DNA of 64,000 nt. Source: an uncultured Bacilli bacterium (GTDB lineage Bacteria > Bacillota_I > Bacilli_A > RFN20 > CAG-826). The translations under genes and the position numbers were made by a program. Shown here in pieces: positions 29,373-39,958 of this stretch. The stretch's first letter is position 1, and every line of letters begins with the position of its first letter. The stretch is from positions 11,380 through 75,379 of the forward strand of contig CALVXK010000006.1 of the NCBI GenBank assembly GCA_944369075.1, read 5' to 3'. The notes under the pieces are model-generated. The model was not told the origin of the DNA and did no database searches. It was given only the letters and a program-made list of their open reading frames with translations.

Positions 29373-29933
29373 ATGAAACTAATTATTGGACTTGGAAATT
29401 TTGGAAAAGAATATGAACATACTCGTCATAACATGGGTTTTGATGTAGTAGATAAATTTGCTACTTCTTTAGGAGAAGATATTGATAAAAAAGGCTTTTC
29501 GTCTTTATATTTAAAAACTAAATATTGGGATGAAGATATTATTTTATTAAAGCCTCAAACTTATATGAATAATTCTGGTATAGCTGTAAGGCAAGTTATG
29601 GATTATTTTAAAATTGATATAAGTGATATTGTTGTTATTTATGATGATATGGATATAGAGGTTGGCCATCTTAAGCTTAAAGAAAATGGAAGTAGTGCCG
29701 GCCATAATGGGATTAAATCAATCATCTCTAATTTAGGTAATAGACAAGATTTTAAAAGAATTAGGGTAGGAATTGGCGCACCAAGTTATGACAAAATTAA
29801 TTTTGTTTTAGGCAAACCTTCAAAAGAAGAACAAGATAAAATTGATGAAGCACAAGATAATGCCGTAAAAGCATTAAAAGTTTATATTAAAGAAGGCTCT
29901 TTTAATAAAGCTATGTCTTTATATAACCATTAG
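29373..29933 (+). CDS. pth: peptidyl-tRNA hydrolase
   Basis: 186 aa with the LIIGLGNFGKEYEHTRHNMGF, YMNNSG and GHNGIKS motifs. Confidence 0.95.
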   Translation: MKLIIGLGNFGKEYEHTRHNMGFDVVDKFATSLGEDIDKKGFSSLYLKTKYWDEDIILLKPQTYMNNSGIAVRQVMDYFKIDISDIVVIYDDMDIEVGHLKLKENGSSAGHNGIKSIISNLGNRQDFKRIRVGIGAPSYDKINFVLGKPSKEEQDKIDEAQDNAVKALKVYIKEGSFNKAMSLYNH

Positions 29934-29973
29934 TTTACACGTGGAAACTATTTTATTTGATTAAAAGGAGATT

Positions 29974-32900
29974 TTGTTTATATTAAACTATATTAAAGAT
30001 CTTTTTAACTTATTTGATGAATCTAGCTTAGATTCAAATAAAAATTCCTACTACATGGTGGACGAAATTGTTGGTGGGGCTTTTTTAGCATATAAAAAAT
30101 ACCTTGAATGCTTAGAAAATAATAAGAACCTAGTTATTCTTATTTCATCAACTTATAAGGCCAATAAACTTTATGCTTCTTTGGCTAATCTTGTAAAAAA
30201 TAAAGAAGATATTATTTTGTTTTTAGAAAACGAAATGATAAGAGTTGAATATATCTCTGAAGGAAAAGATATTTTAGCTAATAGAGTATATTCTCTTTCT
30301 TCAATGATTAATGCTAAACATAAAATTTTTATTTTGACCCCATCATCTTTTTATAGATTTTATCCATCAAAAGAAGAATTTTTAGAATCTTCAATTAGAT
30401 TAAAAGTAGGTGAAACTTTTTCTTTAGAAGACTTAATTTCTAAATTAGCTAAAATTGGCTATTATAAAGTTTCAAAAATAGATCAATCCTTGCAATTTGC
30501 AACTAGAGGTGATGTAGTCGATGTATTTTCTATTAATTACGATAAGCCTTTAAGAATAGAATTTTTTGATGATGAAATCGAGTCAATAAGATTCTTTGAT
30601 ATAGAAAATCAACTTTCTTCTCAAAAAGTAGATGAAGTTTCTATTCTTCCTGCAACAACTCTTCTTTTTAATGAAGAAGAAAAATCTCAAATTAAAAACA
30701 AAATAGAAAATAGATTAGAACTAGATTTACCACACGTTAGAGATGATTTGAAAGATATTTTAAAACTTCAAGTTTCAGAAGATATCATGGATTTAGAAAC
30801 AAATAACTATTCTTCTCGTTTATATAAATATTATGGTTTTTTAAAGCAAAAAAGGCATCCAATTACCTCTTATTTATCGAATTTTGAGACTATAGTTTTA
30901 GAAAAAGATGATTTTTTAGATACAAAAGAAATTTTGTATAAAGAATCACTTGAACTTTTAACGGACTTAGCTGAAAGCGGAAAATCTATTTCTCACTTAG
31001 AATATTTTGATAAATCCATAGAGTTAATTGATCCTCATAGTGAAAAAAATTATTATCTTACAAATTTTTCTTCTGATTATAAAAAATATAAAAAGATTGA
31101 ACTTTCAACACCTTTATTTGAAGCAAAAAAAGGGAGCGAATATACAAAAGTTGTTGATATGTATTTATCTGAATACAAACAACTTGTGTTTGTCGTTAAA
31201 AACAAGGCCGAATTCACTACACTTTTAAATTATTTTAAATTTTTACATAGAGACGTAAATATTTTAAATGATTTGAATGATAAGTTAGGCGAAGAGATAA
31301 ACTTAGTTTTATCTGATTTTAATATATCACTGGAAAATAAAGATAATTCATTCGTTTTAGTTACTTCAAAACTTTTATTTAATGTTAGACACATTAATAC
31401 AGCTTATTCTTCAAAATTTAGAGAAGGGGTAATTATAGGAAGTTATGAAGAACTTGAAAAAGATGATTTTGTTGTCCATGAAAAGTATGGTATAGGACAA
31501 TATAAAGGTGTTAAACAAATTAAATTAGCTAACAAAACTGAAGACTATTTAGAAATAATGTTTGCTAATAATGACGAACTTTTTGTTCCTTTATATTCTT
31601 TTAACTTAATTAGAAAATACGCTGGTCAAGAAGGCAAAATCCCTAAATTATCGTCTTTACATAGTGACACGTGGAAAAAAACTAAAAAGAAAATTAAAGA
31701 TAAAGTAAATGATTTAGCTGATAAACTTTTAGTTTTATATAAAGATCGTGCGACAGTAAAAGGATATAAGTTCCCTTTAGATGATTATTTACAAGAAGAG
31801 TTTGAAAATGAATTTCCATATGAACTTACTCCAGACCAAAAAATATCTTTAGAAGAAATTAAAAAAGATATGGAAAGTGATGTTCCAATGGACCGTCTTT
31901 TATGTGGTGATGTTGGTTTTGGAAAGACTGAAATAGCTTTTAGAGCTGCCTTTAAAGCAATTTTAGGCAATAAACAAGTTTTAATTATTGCTCCAACAAC
32001 GTTGCTTGCAAAGCAACACTATGAAGTTGCTTTAGATCGTTTTAGAAAATTTGATCTAAATATAAGATTATTAACAAGAAATCAGTCAACTAAAGAAGTT
32101 AAGTTAATTTTTGAAGAAGTAAAAGATGGAAAAATCAATATTTTAATTGGAACTCACAAGGCTTTAAATTCGAAACTTGAATTTGCAAATCTTGGATTAT
32201 TAATTATTGATGAAGAGCAACGTTTTGGGGTTGAACAAAAAGAAAAGATTAAAATTAAGAAAGAAAATATTGATGTTTTAACATTAAGTGCTACCCCAAT
32301 TCCTAGAACTTTACAATCATCTTTAGTTGGCCTGAAATCAATTTCCACTATTCAAACACCACCTAAAGAAAGACTTCCTATCCAACTTTATGTAATTCAA
32401 AAAGATTATAAAGTTTTAAAAGAAGTTATATCTAGAGAACTAGCTCGAAATGGACAAATTTATTTTGTTCACAATAATATTTTTGATATCTATGAAGTTG
32501 GTGAAAAATTACATGAATTGATTCCAGATATGAAGTTAGGAATTATCCACGGGAAAATGAATAAAGACGATATTGATCAAGTTATGACTTCATTTTATGT
32601 AAATGAAACCGACTTGCTTTTAGCAACTACTATCATTGAAAACGGGATTGATGTTCGTAATGCGAATTTAATTATAGTTGATGAAGCAGATAAATATGGT
32701 TTAGCCCAACTTTATCAAATTAAAGGAAGAGTTGGAAGAAGCGACAAAATGGCCTATTGCTATCTTTTAATTAATAAAAATAAGAAATTAAATGATGATG
32801 CTAAAAAACGTTTAAAAGCTATTCAAGATTTTACTGAACTTGGAAGTGGATATAAAATTGCTCAAAGAGATTTATTAATTAGAGGTGCAGGAGAAATTTT

Positions 32901-33495
32901 AGGAAGAGAACAAGCTGGTTTTATTGATGATGTTGGAATAGATCTTTATTTAAAACTTTTGAATGAAGCTTTAAAAGAAAGAGAAAATGGCCAATTTGCA
33001 ATTGAAAGCGAGAATAAAGAGCAAAATCGTAAAATATTACTTAATAAAGATGCTTATATTCCTGAAACTTTTGCTTCTAATAATGAAAAAATTGAGCTAT
33101 ATCAAAAAATTAATGAAGCTGATACTTTTGATAAATTAAATAATTTAAGAAAGTATATAAAGGATAATTATGGTGTAGAAATTCCTGAGTCTCTTTCAAA
33201 TTTATTAGAGCAAAGAGAAATAGATATTTATTTATCTTTCAAAGAATTTGAAAAACTTGATGATAATCCTAATTTTTTAAATTTAACATTATCGAAAGAG
33301 GTATGTAAAATAGAAGGTATAGGTACTGATTTATTTATGACATTAATCAACTATGCTTCAAAAGTAAAAATGACTTATTTAAATAAAACTTTAAATTTAA
33401 TTATTGATAAAACTAAAAATCAAAACTATATTGATACTTTATTAAATGTATTAAAAATTATTCATAAAGAGGCCTTAAAACATGAGATTAGATAA
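29974..33495 (+). CDS. mfd: transcription-repair coupling factor
   Basis: 1173 aa with an RNAP-interaction (CarD-like) region HEKYGIGQY, helicase motifs GDVGFGKTE and DEEQRFG, and a TRG motif region. The TTG start follows AAGGAG. Confidence 0.95.
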   Translation: MFILNYIKDLFNLFDESSLDSNKNSYYMVDEIVGGAFLAYKKYLECLENNKNLVILISSTYKANKLYASLANLVKNKEDIILFLENEMIRVEYISEGKDILANRVYSLSSMINAKHKIFILTPSSFYRFYPSKEEFLESSIRLKVGETFSLEDLISKLAKIGYYKVSKIDQSLQFATRGDVVDVFSINYDKPLRIEFFDDEIESIRFFDIENQLSSQKVDEVSILPATTLLFNEEEKSQIKNKIENRLELDLPHVRDDLKDILKLQVSEDIMDLETNNYSSRLYKYYGFLKQKRHPITSYLSNFETIVLEKDDFLDTKEILYKESLELLTDLAESGKSISHLEYFDKSIELIDPHSEKNYYLTNFSSDYKKYKKIELSTPLFEAKKGSEYTKVVDMYLSEYKQLVFVVKNKAEFTTLLNYFKFLHRDVNILNDLNDKLGEEINLVLSDFNISLENKDNSFVLVTSKLLFNVRHINTAYSSKFREGVIIGSYEELEKDDFVVHEKYGIGQYKGVKQIKLANKTEDYLEIMFANNDELFVPLYSFNLIRKYAGQEGKIPKLSSLHSDTWKKTKKKIKDKVNDLADKLLVLYKDRATVKGYKFPLDDYLQEEFENEFPYELTPDQKISLEEIKKDMESDVPMDRLLCGDVGFGKTEIAFRAAFKAILGNKQVLIIAPTTLLAKQHYEVALDRFRKFDLNIRLLTRNQSTKEVKLIFEEVKDGKINILIGTHKALNSKLEFANLGLLIIDEEQRFGVEQKEKIKIKKENIDVLTLSATPIPRTLQSSLVGLKSISTIQTPPKERLPIQLYVIQKDYKVLKEVISRELARNGQIYFVHNNIFDIYEVGEKLHELIPDMKLGIIHGKMNKDDIDQVMTSFYVNETDLLLATTIIENGIDVRNANLIIVDEADKYGLAQLYQIKGRVGRSDKMAYCYLLINKNKKLNDDAKKRLKAIQDFTELGSGYKIAQRDLLIRGAGEILGREQAGFIDDVGIDLYLKLLNEALKERENGQFAIESENKEQNRKILLNKDAYIPETFASNNEKIELYQKINEADTFDKLNNLRKYIKDNYGVEIPESLSNLLEQREIDIYLSFKEFEKLDDNPNFLNLTLSKEVCKIEGIGTDLFMTLINYASKVKMTYLNKTLNLIIDKTKNQNYIDTLLNVLKIIHKEALKHEIR

Positions 33496-33751
33496 ATATT
33501 TAAAAGTTTCTAGATTAATTAAAAGAAGAAGTGTAGCTAAAGAACTAGCATCTAGAGATATATTTTTGTTAAATAATAAGCCTTGTAAACCATCCAGTGA
33601 AATTAAAGAAGGCGATATTTTAGATTTAACACTTGGGAGACATCATCTTGTAGTTAAAATTAATTTCGTAAAAGACCATATATTAAAAGAAGAAGCTAAC
33701 AAGATGTATGATGTAATTAAAGATGAAATTATCGAAGATCAAGAAAGATAA
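33482..33751 (+). CDS. yabO: S4-domain RNA-binding protein (YabO/RqcP-like)
   Basis: 89 aa with the S4 motif MRLDKYLKVSRLIKRRSVAKEL. It lies downstream of mfd, as in Bacillus. Confidence 0.8.
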   Translation: MRLDKYLKVSRLIKRRSVAKELASRDIFLLNNKPCKPSSEIKEGDILDLTLGRHHLVVKINFVKDHILKEEANKMYDVIKDEIIEDQER

Positions 33752-35099
33752 AAAATATCTTTTAGCCTGTTCTTTTGGACCAGACTCAATGGCATTATAT
33801 GCCTTACTTTTAAAATCAAACATTGATTTTGATGTTGCTTTTATTAACTATCACCTTAGAGTAGAAAGTGATGAAGAAGAAAAGAAGATTAAAGCATTTT
33901 CTTTTTTAAATTCCAAAAATTTATTTATTAAAGAGGTCTATTACGATAAAGAAAAAGATAAAAACATTGAAAAGTGGGCTAGAGATGTTCGTTACTCTTA
34001 TTTTGATGAATTAAATAAAGAACATAAGTATGAGGCTGTATTAATTGCCCATAATCTTGATGATTTAATAGAAACTTATATTATTCAGACTAAAAGAAGC
34101 AATTTTGTATCTTATTATGGCTTAAAATCTATCTTTTATAGAGGTAATACAAAATACATTCGTCCACTATTAAAATATCGTAAACTAGATTTATTAAATT
34201 ACAATATTCGTCATTTTATCCCTTATTTAATAGATAAATCTAATTTTGATAACTCATATTTGCGTAACGACATAAGAAATAATTATGTTTCCAAATTAAC
34301 AAGGAGTGAAATTAATAAATATTTAAAAGAGATAAATGAGAAAAATAAAGCAAAAAAAGAAGAATCTAAGTTATATTTAAAATTAGTAAATAAAGATAAT
34401 ACTATTAAAATTAGTGATATTTTTAAGTTATATGAAATAAATAAAGAAATAAAAATTAAGGATATAATAGAAAACAAAGAGGAAATTGATCGAATTAATG
34501 AACAAGAATTTATTAATTTCTTTTATTATTACATTTCTAAATTTTTATATTTAAAGGATATTTCAAAAAAAGAAATAATCGATATTTATCATAAAATTAA
34601 ACTTAATAAAAACATGATTATTCCATTATCAAATACCCCTTATTTTATATTTATAGAATATGGATATTTTAAAATTGACTATATCTATGAATCTAAATAT
34701 GAATTTATGTTAAATCAAGACGGAAATAAGTATATTAAGTTTTTAAATAATAAAAATGTTGAAAATCTTTTTAAAAACTTTGAAAAAGTTCTTATTAAAC
34801 CTATCTCAAAAGATGAATATTATACTTATATTAATAAAGAAGGAACAAAATCATCTAAAAGAGTCTCTCATATATTTATCGATATGAAACTTCCAAGTGA
34901 ATATCGTAAGATTTATCCTGGAATTTATAATCCTAAAACTAATGAATTAATCTATGTTCCTAGATATATGAAAAAGGTAAAAGTAACTTCTAAATCTATT
35001 TTTAAATTTAATCTTTTAGAACTAGCTAAACTCGATGATAGAGTTAAGAATTTAGACGAAACAAACGATGAATCTATTAATATTGATACTTTGATGTAA
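33723..35099 (+). CDS. tilS: tRNA(Ile)-lysidine synthetase
   Basis: 458 aa with the PP-loop variant LLACSFGPDSMAL and HNLDDLIET. It lies upstream of ftsH. Confidence 0.85.
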   Translation: MKLSKIKKDKKYLLACSFGPDSMALYALLLKSNIDFDVAFINYHLRVESDEEEKKIKAFSFLNSKNLFIKEVYYDKEKDKNIEKWARDVRYSYFDELNKEHKYEAVLIAHNLDDLIETYIIQTKRSNFVSYYGLKSIFYRGNTKYIRPLLKYRKLDLLNYNIRHFIPYLIDKSNFDNSYLRNDIRNNYVSKLTRSEINKYLKEINEKNKAKKEESKLYLKLVNKDNTIKISDIFKLYEINKEIKIKDIIENKEEIDRINEQEFINFFYYYISKFLYLKDISKKEIIDIYHKIKLNKNMIIPLSNTPYFIFIEYGYFKIDYIYESKYEFMLNQDGNKYIKFLNNKNVENLFKNFEKVLIKPISKDEYYTYINKEGTKSSKRVSHIFIDMKLPSEYRKIYPGIYNPKTNELIYVPRYMKKVKVTSKSIFKFNLLELAKLDDRVKNLDETNDESINIDTLM

Positions 35100-35260
35100 A
35101 CTTAAGTCTTTTTAATACATAAAAAAAGAATTATATGTTATGATTTATAAGGTTTATCAACTAGATAAATATTCCTAAATATTTTTGATTAACTATATTG
35201 TAAATTAAACTTTAAAAAAATAAAAACGTGTTATAAAATATTGAATTCATAGGAGGAATT

Positions 35261-37342
35261 ATGGATAAGAAAAAACATTCTTGGTTTAATATCATAATCT
35301 ATATTATTTTATTAGCCTTCTTAGGACTTATGATTTACTTCCTCATTGGTTTTAACTCTTCTCCTTATAGAAGTGTTTCAACTAGAGAAGGTATTACATT
35401 AATTACGAATGATACTGATGAATTTACAGTTACCGATGCTGCTACTTATCAAGATGGAGACAATATGCAAATTGAATTTGCTCTTGATAAACCTTACCAA
35501 GGCAGCCAATATTTTACATTTACGATGTCAGTAGAATCTTACTATAACGGTATTTTTACTACTGATGCAATTACCGATGAATCTCAAAGAGGCTTAGAAG
35601 TGGTTTTAGCTTCTCAAATTAAAGCCGTTAATCCTGGCAATAGCGTTACTTCAACTATTGTTCAAGAGAACTGGTTCTTAAGCTGGTTACCAACAATTAT
35701 TTCAGTTGTTGTAATGATTGGTATTGCTTATTTCTTCTTCAAGATTTTAATGTCAAGTGCTGGAAGTAATTCTCAAGCAATGAATTTCAATAAATCTAGA
35801 GCAAGAAGAGTAGATGATTCAAAGGTTAAATTTGATGATGTCGCTGGATGCGATGCTGAAAAAGCTGAATTAGTCGAAGTTGTCGATTATTTAAAAGAAC
35901 CTAAGAAATATACTAAATATGGTGCAAAATTACCAAAAGGGATTCTTTTAGTTGGCCCTCCAGGAACAGGTAAAACATTACTTGCAAAGGCTGTTGCTGG
36001 TGAAGCAGGCGTTCCATTCTACTCAATTTCTGGTTCCGACTTCGTTGAAATGTTTGTTGGTGTTGGTGCTGGTAGAGTTAGAGACTTATTTAAAACTGCA
36101 AAACAAAATGCTCCTTGTGTCGTATTTATTGATGAAATCGATGCAGTTGGTAGACAAAGAGGTGCAGGTCTTGGTGGTGGAAACGATGAAAGAGAACAAA
36201 CACTTAACCAATTATTAGTTGAACTCGATGGTTTCGAAGAAAATAGTGGTATTATTGTTATCGCTGCAACTAATAGAGACGATGTTCTTGACCCTGCATT
36301 ATTAAGAGCAGGAAGATTTGATAGACAAGTCACTGTTTCACTTCCTGATAAAGCAGGAAGAGAAGCTATATTTAAAGTTCATGCTAAAAATAAAAAACTT
36401 GATCCAAATATTGATTTTGGTTTCTTAGCAAAAAGAACTGTTGGTTTCTCTGGTGCAGATATTGCTTCTATCTTAAATGATGCTGCAATTCTTGCAATTA
36501 GAGCAAAAAGAGAATTCATTACTTTAGCTGATATTGATGAAGCAATCGATAGAAGAATTGCTGGTCCAGCTAGAGCAAGTAAAGGTTTAACTGAAAAAGA
36601 AAGAATTAGAGTTGCTCACCATGAATCTGGTCACGCAATTATTGGTTTAACTCTTCCTGATGCTGATAAGGTAAGAAAAATTACTATTATCCCAAGAGGA
36701 AGAACTGGTGGACATGTCTTAATGAGTCCTGATGAAGATAGATTCTTAATGACAAAGAAAGAACTTGAAGCTGAAATTTGTGGCCTTCTTGGTGGTAGAA
36801 CAGCAGAAGAAGTCTTCTTTAATGATGTATCTACTGGTGCAAGTAATGATATTGAAAGAGCAACTTTGATTGCTAGAAGTATGGTTGTTGAATATGGCAT
36901 GTCTTCTTTAGGACCTATCCAATATGAAAAACCTTCAGGAAACGTCTTCTTAGGAAGAGATTACACAAACACAACTAAAAACTTCTCAGGCGATGTTGCT
37001 AATAAGATTGATGCAGAAGTAAAGAAAATTGTTGAAGATGCACATGAATTAGCAAGAAAAATTATTATCGAAAGAAAAGATGATGTTGAATTAATTGCTA
37101 AAACCCTTCTTGAAAACGAAACTATTACTGAAGAACAAATTAACTATCTTTTAGAACACAGAGAACTTCCAAAAGATATTAATGAGTTAAATAAATTAGC
37201 TAACCAAGAAGAAAAACCTTCTCCAATCGAAGATAAAAAACTTGAAGATACTTTAGTTCAAGATGATGAAAATAAGATAAAAGAAGAAAATAAAGAAGCT
37301 TCTGAAAGCGAACAAAAAACAGAGAAAAAAGACGAAAATTAA
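35261..37342 (+). CDS. ftsH: ATP-dependent zinc metalloprotease FtsH
   Basis: 693 aa with two transmembrane helices, AAA+ motifs GPPGTGKTLLAKA and IDEIDA, the SRH region and zinc site HESGHA. Confidence 0.97.
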   Translation: MDKKKHSWFNIIIYIILLAFLGLMIYFLIGFNSSPYRSVSTREGITLITNDTDEFTVTDAATYQDGDNMQIEFALDKPYQGSQYFTFTMSVESYYNGIFTTDAITDESQRGLEVVLASQIKAVNPGNSVTSTIVQENWFLSWLPTIISVVVMIGIAYFFFKILMSSAGSNSQAMNFNKSRARRVDDSKVKFDDVAGCDAEKAELVEVVDYLKEPKKYTKYGAKLPKGILLVGPPGTGKTLLAKAVAGEAGVPFYSISGSDFVEMFVGVGAGRVRDLFKTAKQNAPCVVFIDEIDAVGRQRGAGLGGGNDEREQTLNQLLVELDGFEENSGIIVIAATNRDDVLDPALLRAGRFDRQVTVSLPDKAGREAIFKVHAKNKKLDPNIDFGFLAKRTVGFSGADIASILNDAAILAIRAKREFITLADIDEAIDRRIAGPARASKGLTEKERIRVAHHESGHAIIGLTLPDADKVRKITIIPRGRTGGHVLMSPDEDRFLMTKKELEAEICGLLGGRTAEEVFFNDVSTGASNDIERATLIARSMVVEYGMSSLGPIQYEKPSGNVFLGRDYTNTTKNFSGDVANKIDAEVKKIVEDAHELARKIIIERKDDVELIAKTLLENETITEEQINYLLEHRELPKDINELNKLANQEEKPSPIEDKKLEDTLVQDDENKIKEENKEASESEQKTEKKDEN

Positions 37343-38322
37343 TGGCTTATCAATTTAAAATTAAAGATATAACTATTAAAGGAAAAGTTATCTTAGCCCC
37401 AATGGCTGGGATAACTTCTTTTTCTTATAGAAAATTTTTCAAAAATTTCGGAGTTGGTCTAACTTTTTCAGAAATGATTTCTGATTGTGGACTTATTTAT
37501 AATAATAAGAAAACATTAGATATGTGTTATTCTGATGGAAGTGATGCTCCTTTAGCTATACAGCTTTTTGGAGGCAGTAAAGAAAGTTTATTAAAAGGTT
37601 TAGAAATTTTAGAAAATTCGAATTTAAGATATGATATTTTAGATTTAAATTTAGCTTGCCCTGTTCCAAAAGTCACAAAAAATAATGGTGGTTCAAGTTG
37701 GCTTAAAGATCTAGATACAATGGAAGATGCTGTTAGTGCATTGGTAAAAGCTTCAAAAAAACCTGTCACTGCAAAAATAAGGCTTGGTTGGGAAGAGAAT
37801 AACGTTGAAAATATTGCTAAAACTTTAGAAAGAGCTGGAGTTTCTTTCTTATCTATTCATTGTAGAACAAAAAAAGAAGGCTATACTGGAGAAGCTCATT
37901 ATGAAGCGTTAGCCAATATGAAAAACATTATCTCTATACCTTTTGGAGTAAGCGGAAATATATTTTCATTAGAAGATGCTATAAAAGCTGATAAAATCAC
38001 ACATGCTGATGCAATTTTAGTTGCTCGTGGTGGCATTGGTAATCCATTACTAGTAAAAAATATTAATAACTATTTTGATGGAATAGACGATATAAAAACT
38101 CCTAACATTGAAGATCAAACAAGATATCTATTTGAATATGTTGATTTACTCGTTAAAGAAATTGGAGAAAAAAGAGCAGTTTCTGTTTTAAAAGGTATTG
38201 CACCAAAATTTTATTCTCACTTTTCTTTTGCAAAAAACATAAGAAGAGAAATTACAGGTAATATAAATTCAATCGAAGATTTAAAAAATATTGTAGCAAC
38301 GATAACAAAAAATAACGTTTAA
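37342..38322 (+). CDS. dusB: tRNA-dihydrouridine synthase
   Basis: 326 aa with LAPMAGITS, LNLACPV, the catalytic cysteine region and IHCRT. A TAATG overlap links it to ftsH. Confidence 0.9.
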   Translation: MAYQFKIKDITIKGKVILAPMAGITSFSYRKFFKNFGVGLTFSEMISDCGLIYNNKKTLDMCYSDGSDAPLAIQLFGGSKESLLKGLEILENSNLRYDILDLNLACPVPKVTKNNGGSSWLKDLDTMEDAVSALVKASKKPVTAKIRLGWEENNVENIAKTLERAGVSFLSIHCRTKKEGYTGEAHYEALANMKNIISIPFGVSGNIFSLEDAIKADKITHADAILVARGGIGNPLLVKNINNYFDGIDDIKTPNIEDQTRYLFEYVDLLVKEIGEKRAVSVLKGIAPKFYSHFSFAKNIRREITGNINSIEDLKNIVATITKNNV

Positions 38323-38393
38323 TATCGTATTTTCTTTAAATTTGTTTATTATTCTATTAAAATAACATGGTAAAAACGAAAGGATAAAAGTTT

Positions 38394-39878
38394 ATGGAAG
38401 AAAAACTTACTGATCAAGAAAAATCAAGAAGAGAAAAGTTAGCAAAATTAGAAGAACACGGAATTTCTCCATGGGGTCAAAGATTTGATAGAACCGACAA
38501 TTCCAAAACATGTAAAGAAAAAGCAGAAGGAAAAAGCGAAGAAGATTTAGAAGCTAATAGAATTGATGTTAAAATTGCAGGCCGTATAATGCTTTTAAGA
38601 AAAATGGGTAAGGCTTCATTTTTAACTCTTCAAGATAAAGAAGGCAAAATCCAAGTATATATTTCTGTAGAAACAGTAGGAGAAGAATCTTATTCAATTT
38701 TTAAGTTAACTGACGTCGGTGATATTGTTGGTATCAAAGGTCATTTAATGAGAACTAGAACAGGAGAATTAACTGTTAAAGCTGATGAATTCACATTCTT
38801 AACTAAAGCTTTAAAACCACTTCCAGAAAAATTCCATGGTTTAACCGATGTTGAAGAAAGATATAGACATAGATATGTTGATTTAATCATGAACGAGGAA
38901 GCTAAAAAGGTAGCTTTGGGAAGGCCAAAAATTATTAGAGCTATGCAAAAATACTTCGACGATAGAGGATTTGTTGAAGTTGAAACTAGTGTTCTTTCAC
39001 CAATTTTAGGCGGAGCTAACGCAAGACCATTTATTACTCATCATAATGCTTTAAATAAAGATTTCTATCTTAGAATTGCTACAGAATTACCTTTAAAGAA
39101 ATTAATTGTTGGTGGATTAGAAAAAGTTTATGAATTTGGCCGTTTATTTAGAAACGAAGGAATGGACACAAGACATAATCCTGAATTTACAACTGTCGAG
39201 CTTTATGAAGCTTACGGTGATTTACAATCCATGAGAGAAATCTGCGAAGGTGTTATTCGTTATGTTTTAGCTAACGTTTTACATACAGATAACCTTGAAT
39301 ATCAAGGAAAGACTATTGATTTCAAAGATGAATTTAGATGGGTTGAAATGAGCGAACTTGTTAAAGAAAAAACAGGTGTTGATTTCAAAGATGATATTTC
39401 ATTAGAACAAGCAAAAGAATTATGTGAAAAATATAAAATTAAGGTTGAAAAGCACTGGACTTCAACCGGCTATTACTTAAACGCTTTATTTGAAGAACTT
39501 TGCGAAGACGAATTAATTCAACCTACATTTGTTTATCATCATCCAATTGAAGTTTCGCCATTAACTAAAAAATCTCTAGATCCAAGATTTACAGAAAGAT
39601 TTGAACTTTATATCAATGGTTGGGAATTTGCTAATGCATATTCAGAATTAAACGATCCATTTGATCAAAAAGAAAGATTTGAAGCTCAACTTAAAGCAAA
39701 GGAACTTGGCGACGATGAAGCTAACGAAATGGATCTTAACTTCCTTGATGCTATGAATTATGGTTTACCTCCAACTGGTGGTATTGGAATTGGTATTGAT
39801 AGATTAGTTATGTTACTTTTAAATCAACCATCAATTAGAGAAGTTATTTTATTCCCTACAATGAAGGACGAAAAATAA
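38394..39878 (+). CDS. lysS: lysyl-tRNA synthetase (class II)
   Basis: 494 aa with an OB anticodon-binding domain, RYVDL, FRNEG and GIGIDRLVM. Confidence 0.96.
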   Translation: MEEKLTDQEKSRREKLAKLEEHGISPWGQRFDRTDNSKTCKEKAEGKSEEDLEANRIDVKIAGRIMLLRKMGKASFLTLQDKEGKIQVYISVETVGEESYSIFKLTDVGDIVGIKGHLMRTRTGELTVKADEFTFLTKALKPLPEKFHGLTDVEERYRHRYVDLIMNEEAKKVALGRPKIIRAMQKYFDDRGFVEVETSVLSPILGGANARPFITHHNALNKDFYLRIATELPLKKLIVGGLEKVYEFGRLFRNEGMDTRHNPEFTTVELYEAYGDLQSMREICEGVIRYVLANVLHTDNLEYQGKTIDFKDEFRWVEMSELVKEKTGVDFKDDISLEQAKELCEKYKIKVEKHWTSTGYYLNALFEELCEDELIQPTFVYHHPIEVSPLTKKSLDPRFTERFELYINGWEFANAYSELNDPFDQKERFEAQLKAKELGDDEANEMDLNFLDAMNYGLPPTGGIGIGIDRLVMLLLNQPSIREVILFPTMKDEK

Positions 39879-39905
39879 TTACTTAATTAATATATAAATT
39901 AATCA

Positions 39906-39944
39906 AACAAAAATCCGATTGAGAAGATTCAATCGGATTTTTAT
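39906..39944. terminator. bidirectional intrinsic terminator between lysS and pepO
   Basis: An A run, then AAATCCGATTG (39911-39921), a loop, CAATCGGATTT (39930-39940), then a T run. Confidence 0.7.
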
Positions 39945-39958
39945 GTACTTAAGATCAA

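Noticed and set aside
38323-38393. T-box leaders upstream of lysS and serS.
   Set aside because: The lysS leader is only about 70 nt, and serS abuts the upstream ORF with no gap. That is too short for a T-box riboswitch of about 200 nt or more, and no T-box consensus was seen.
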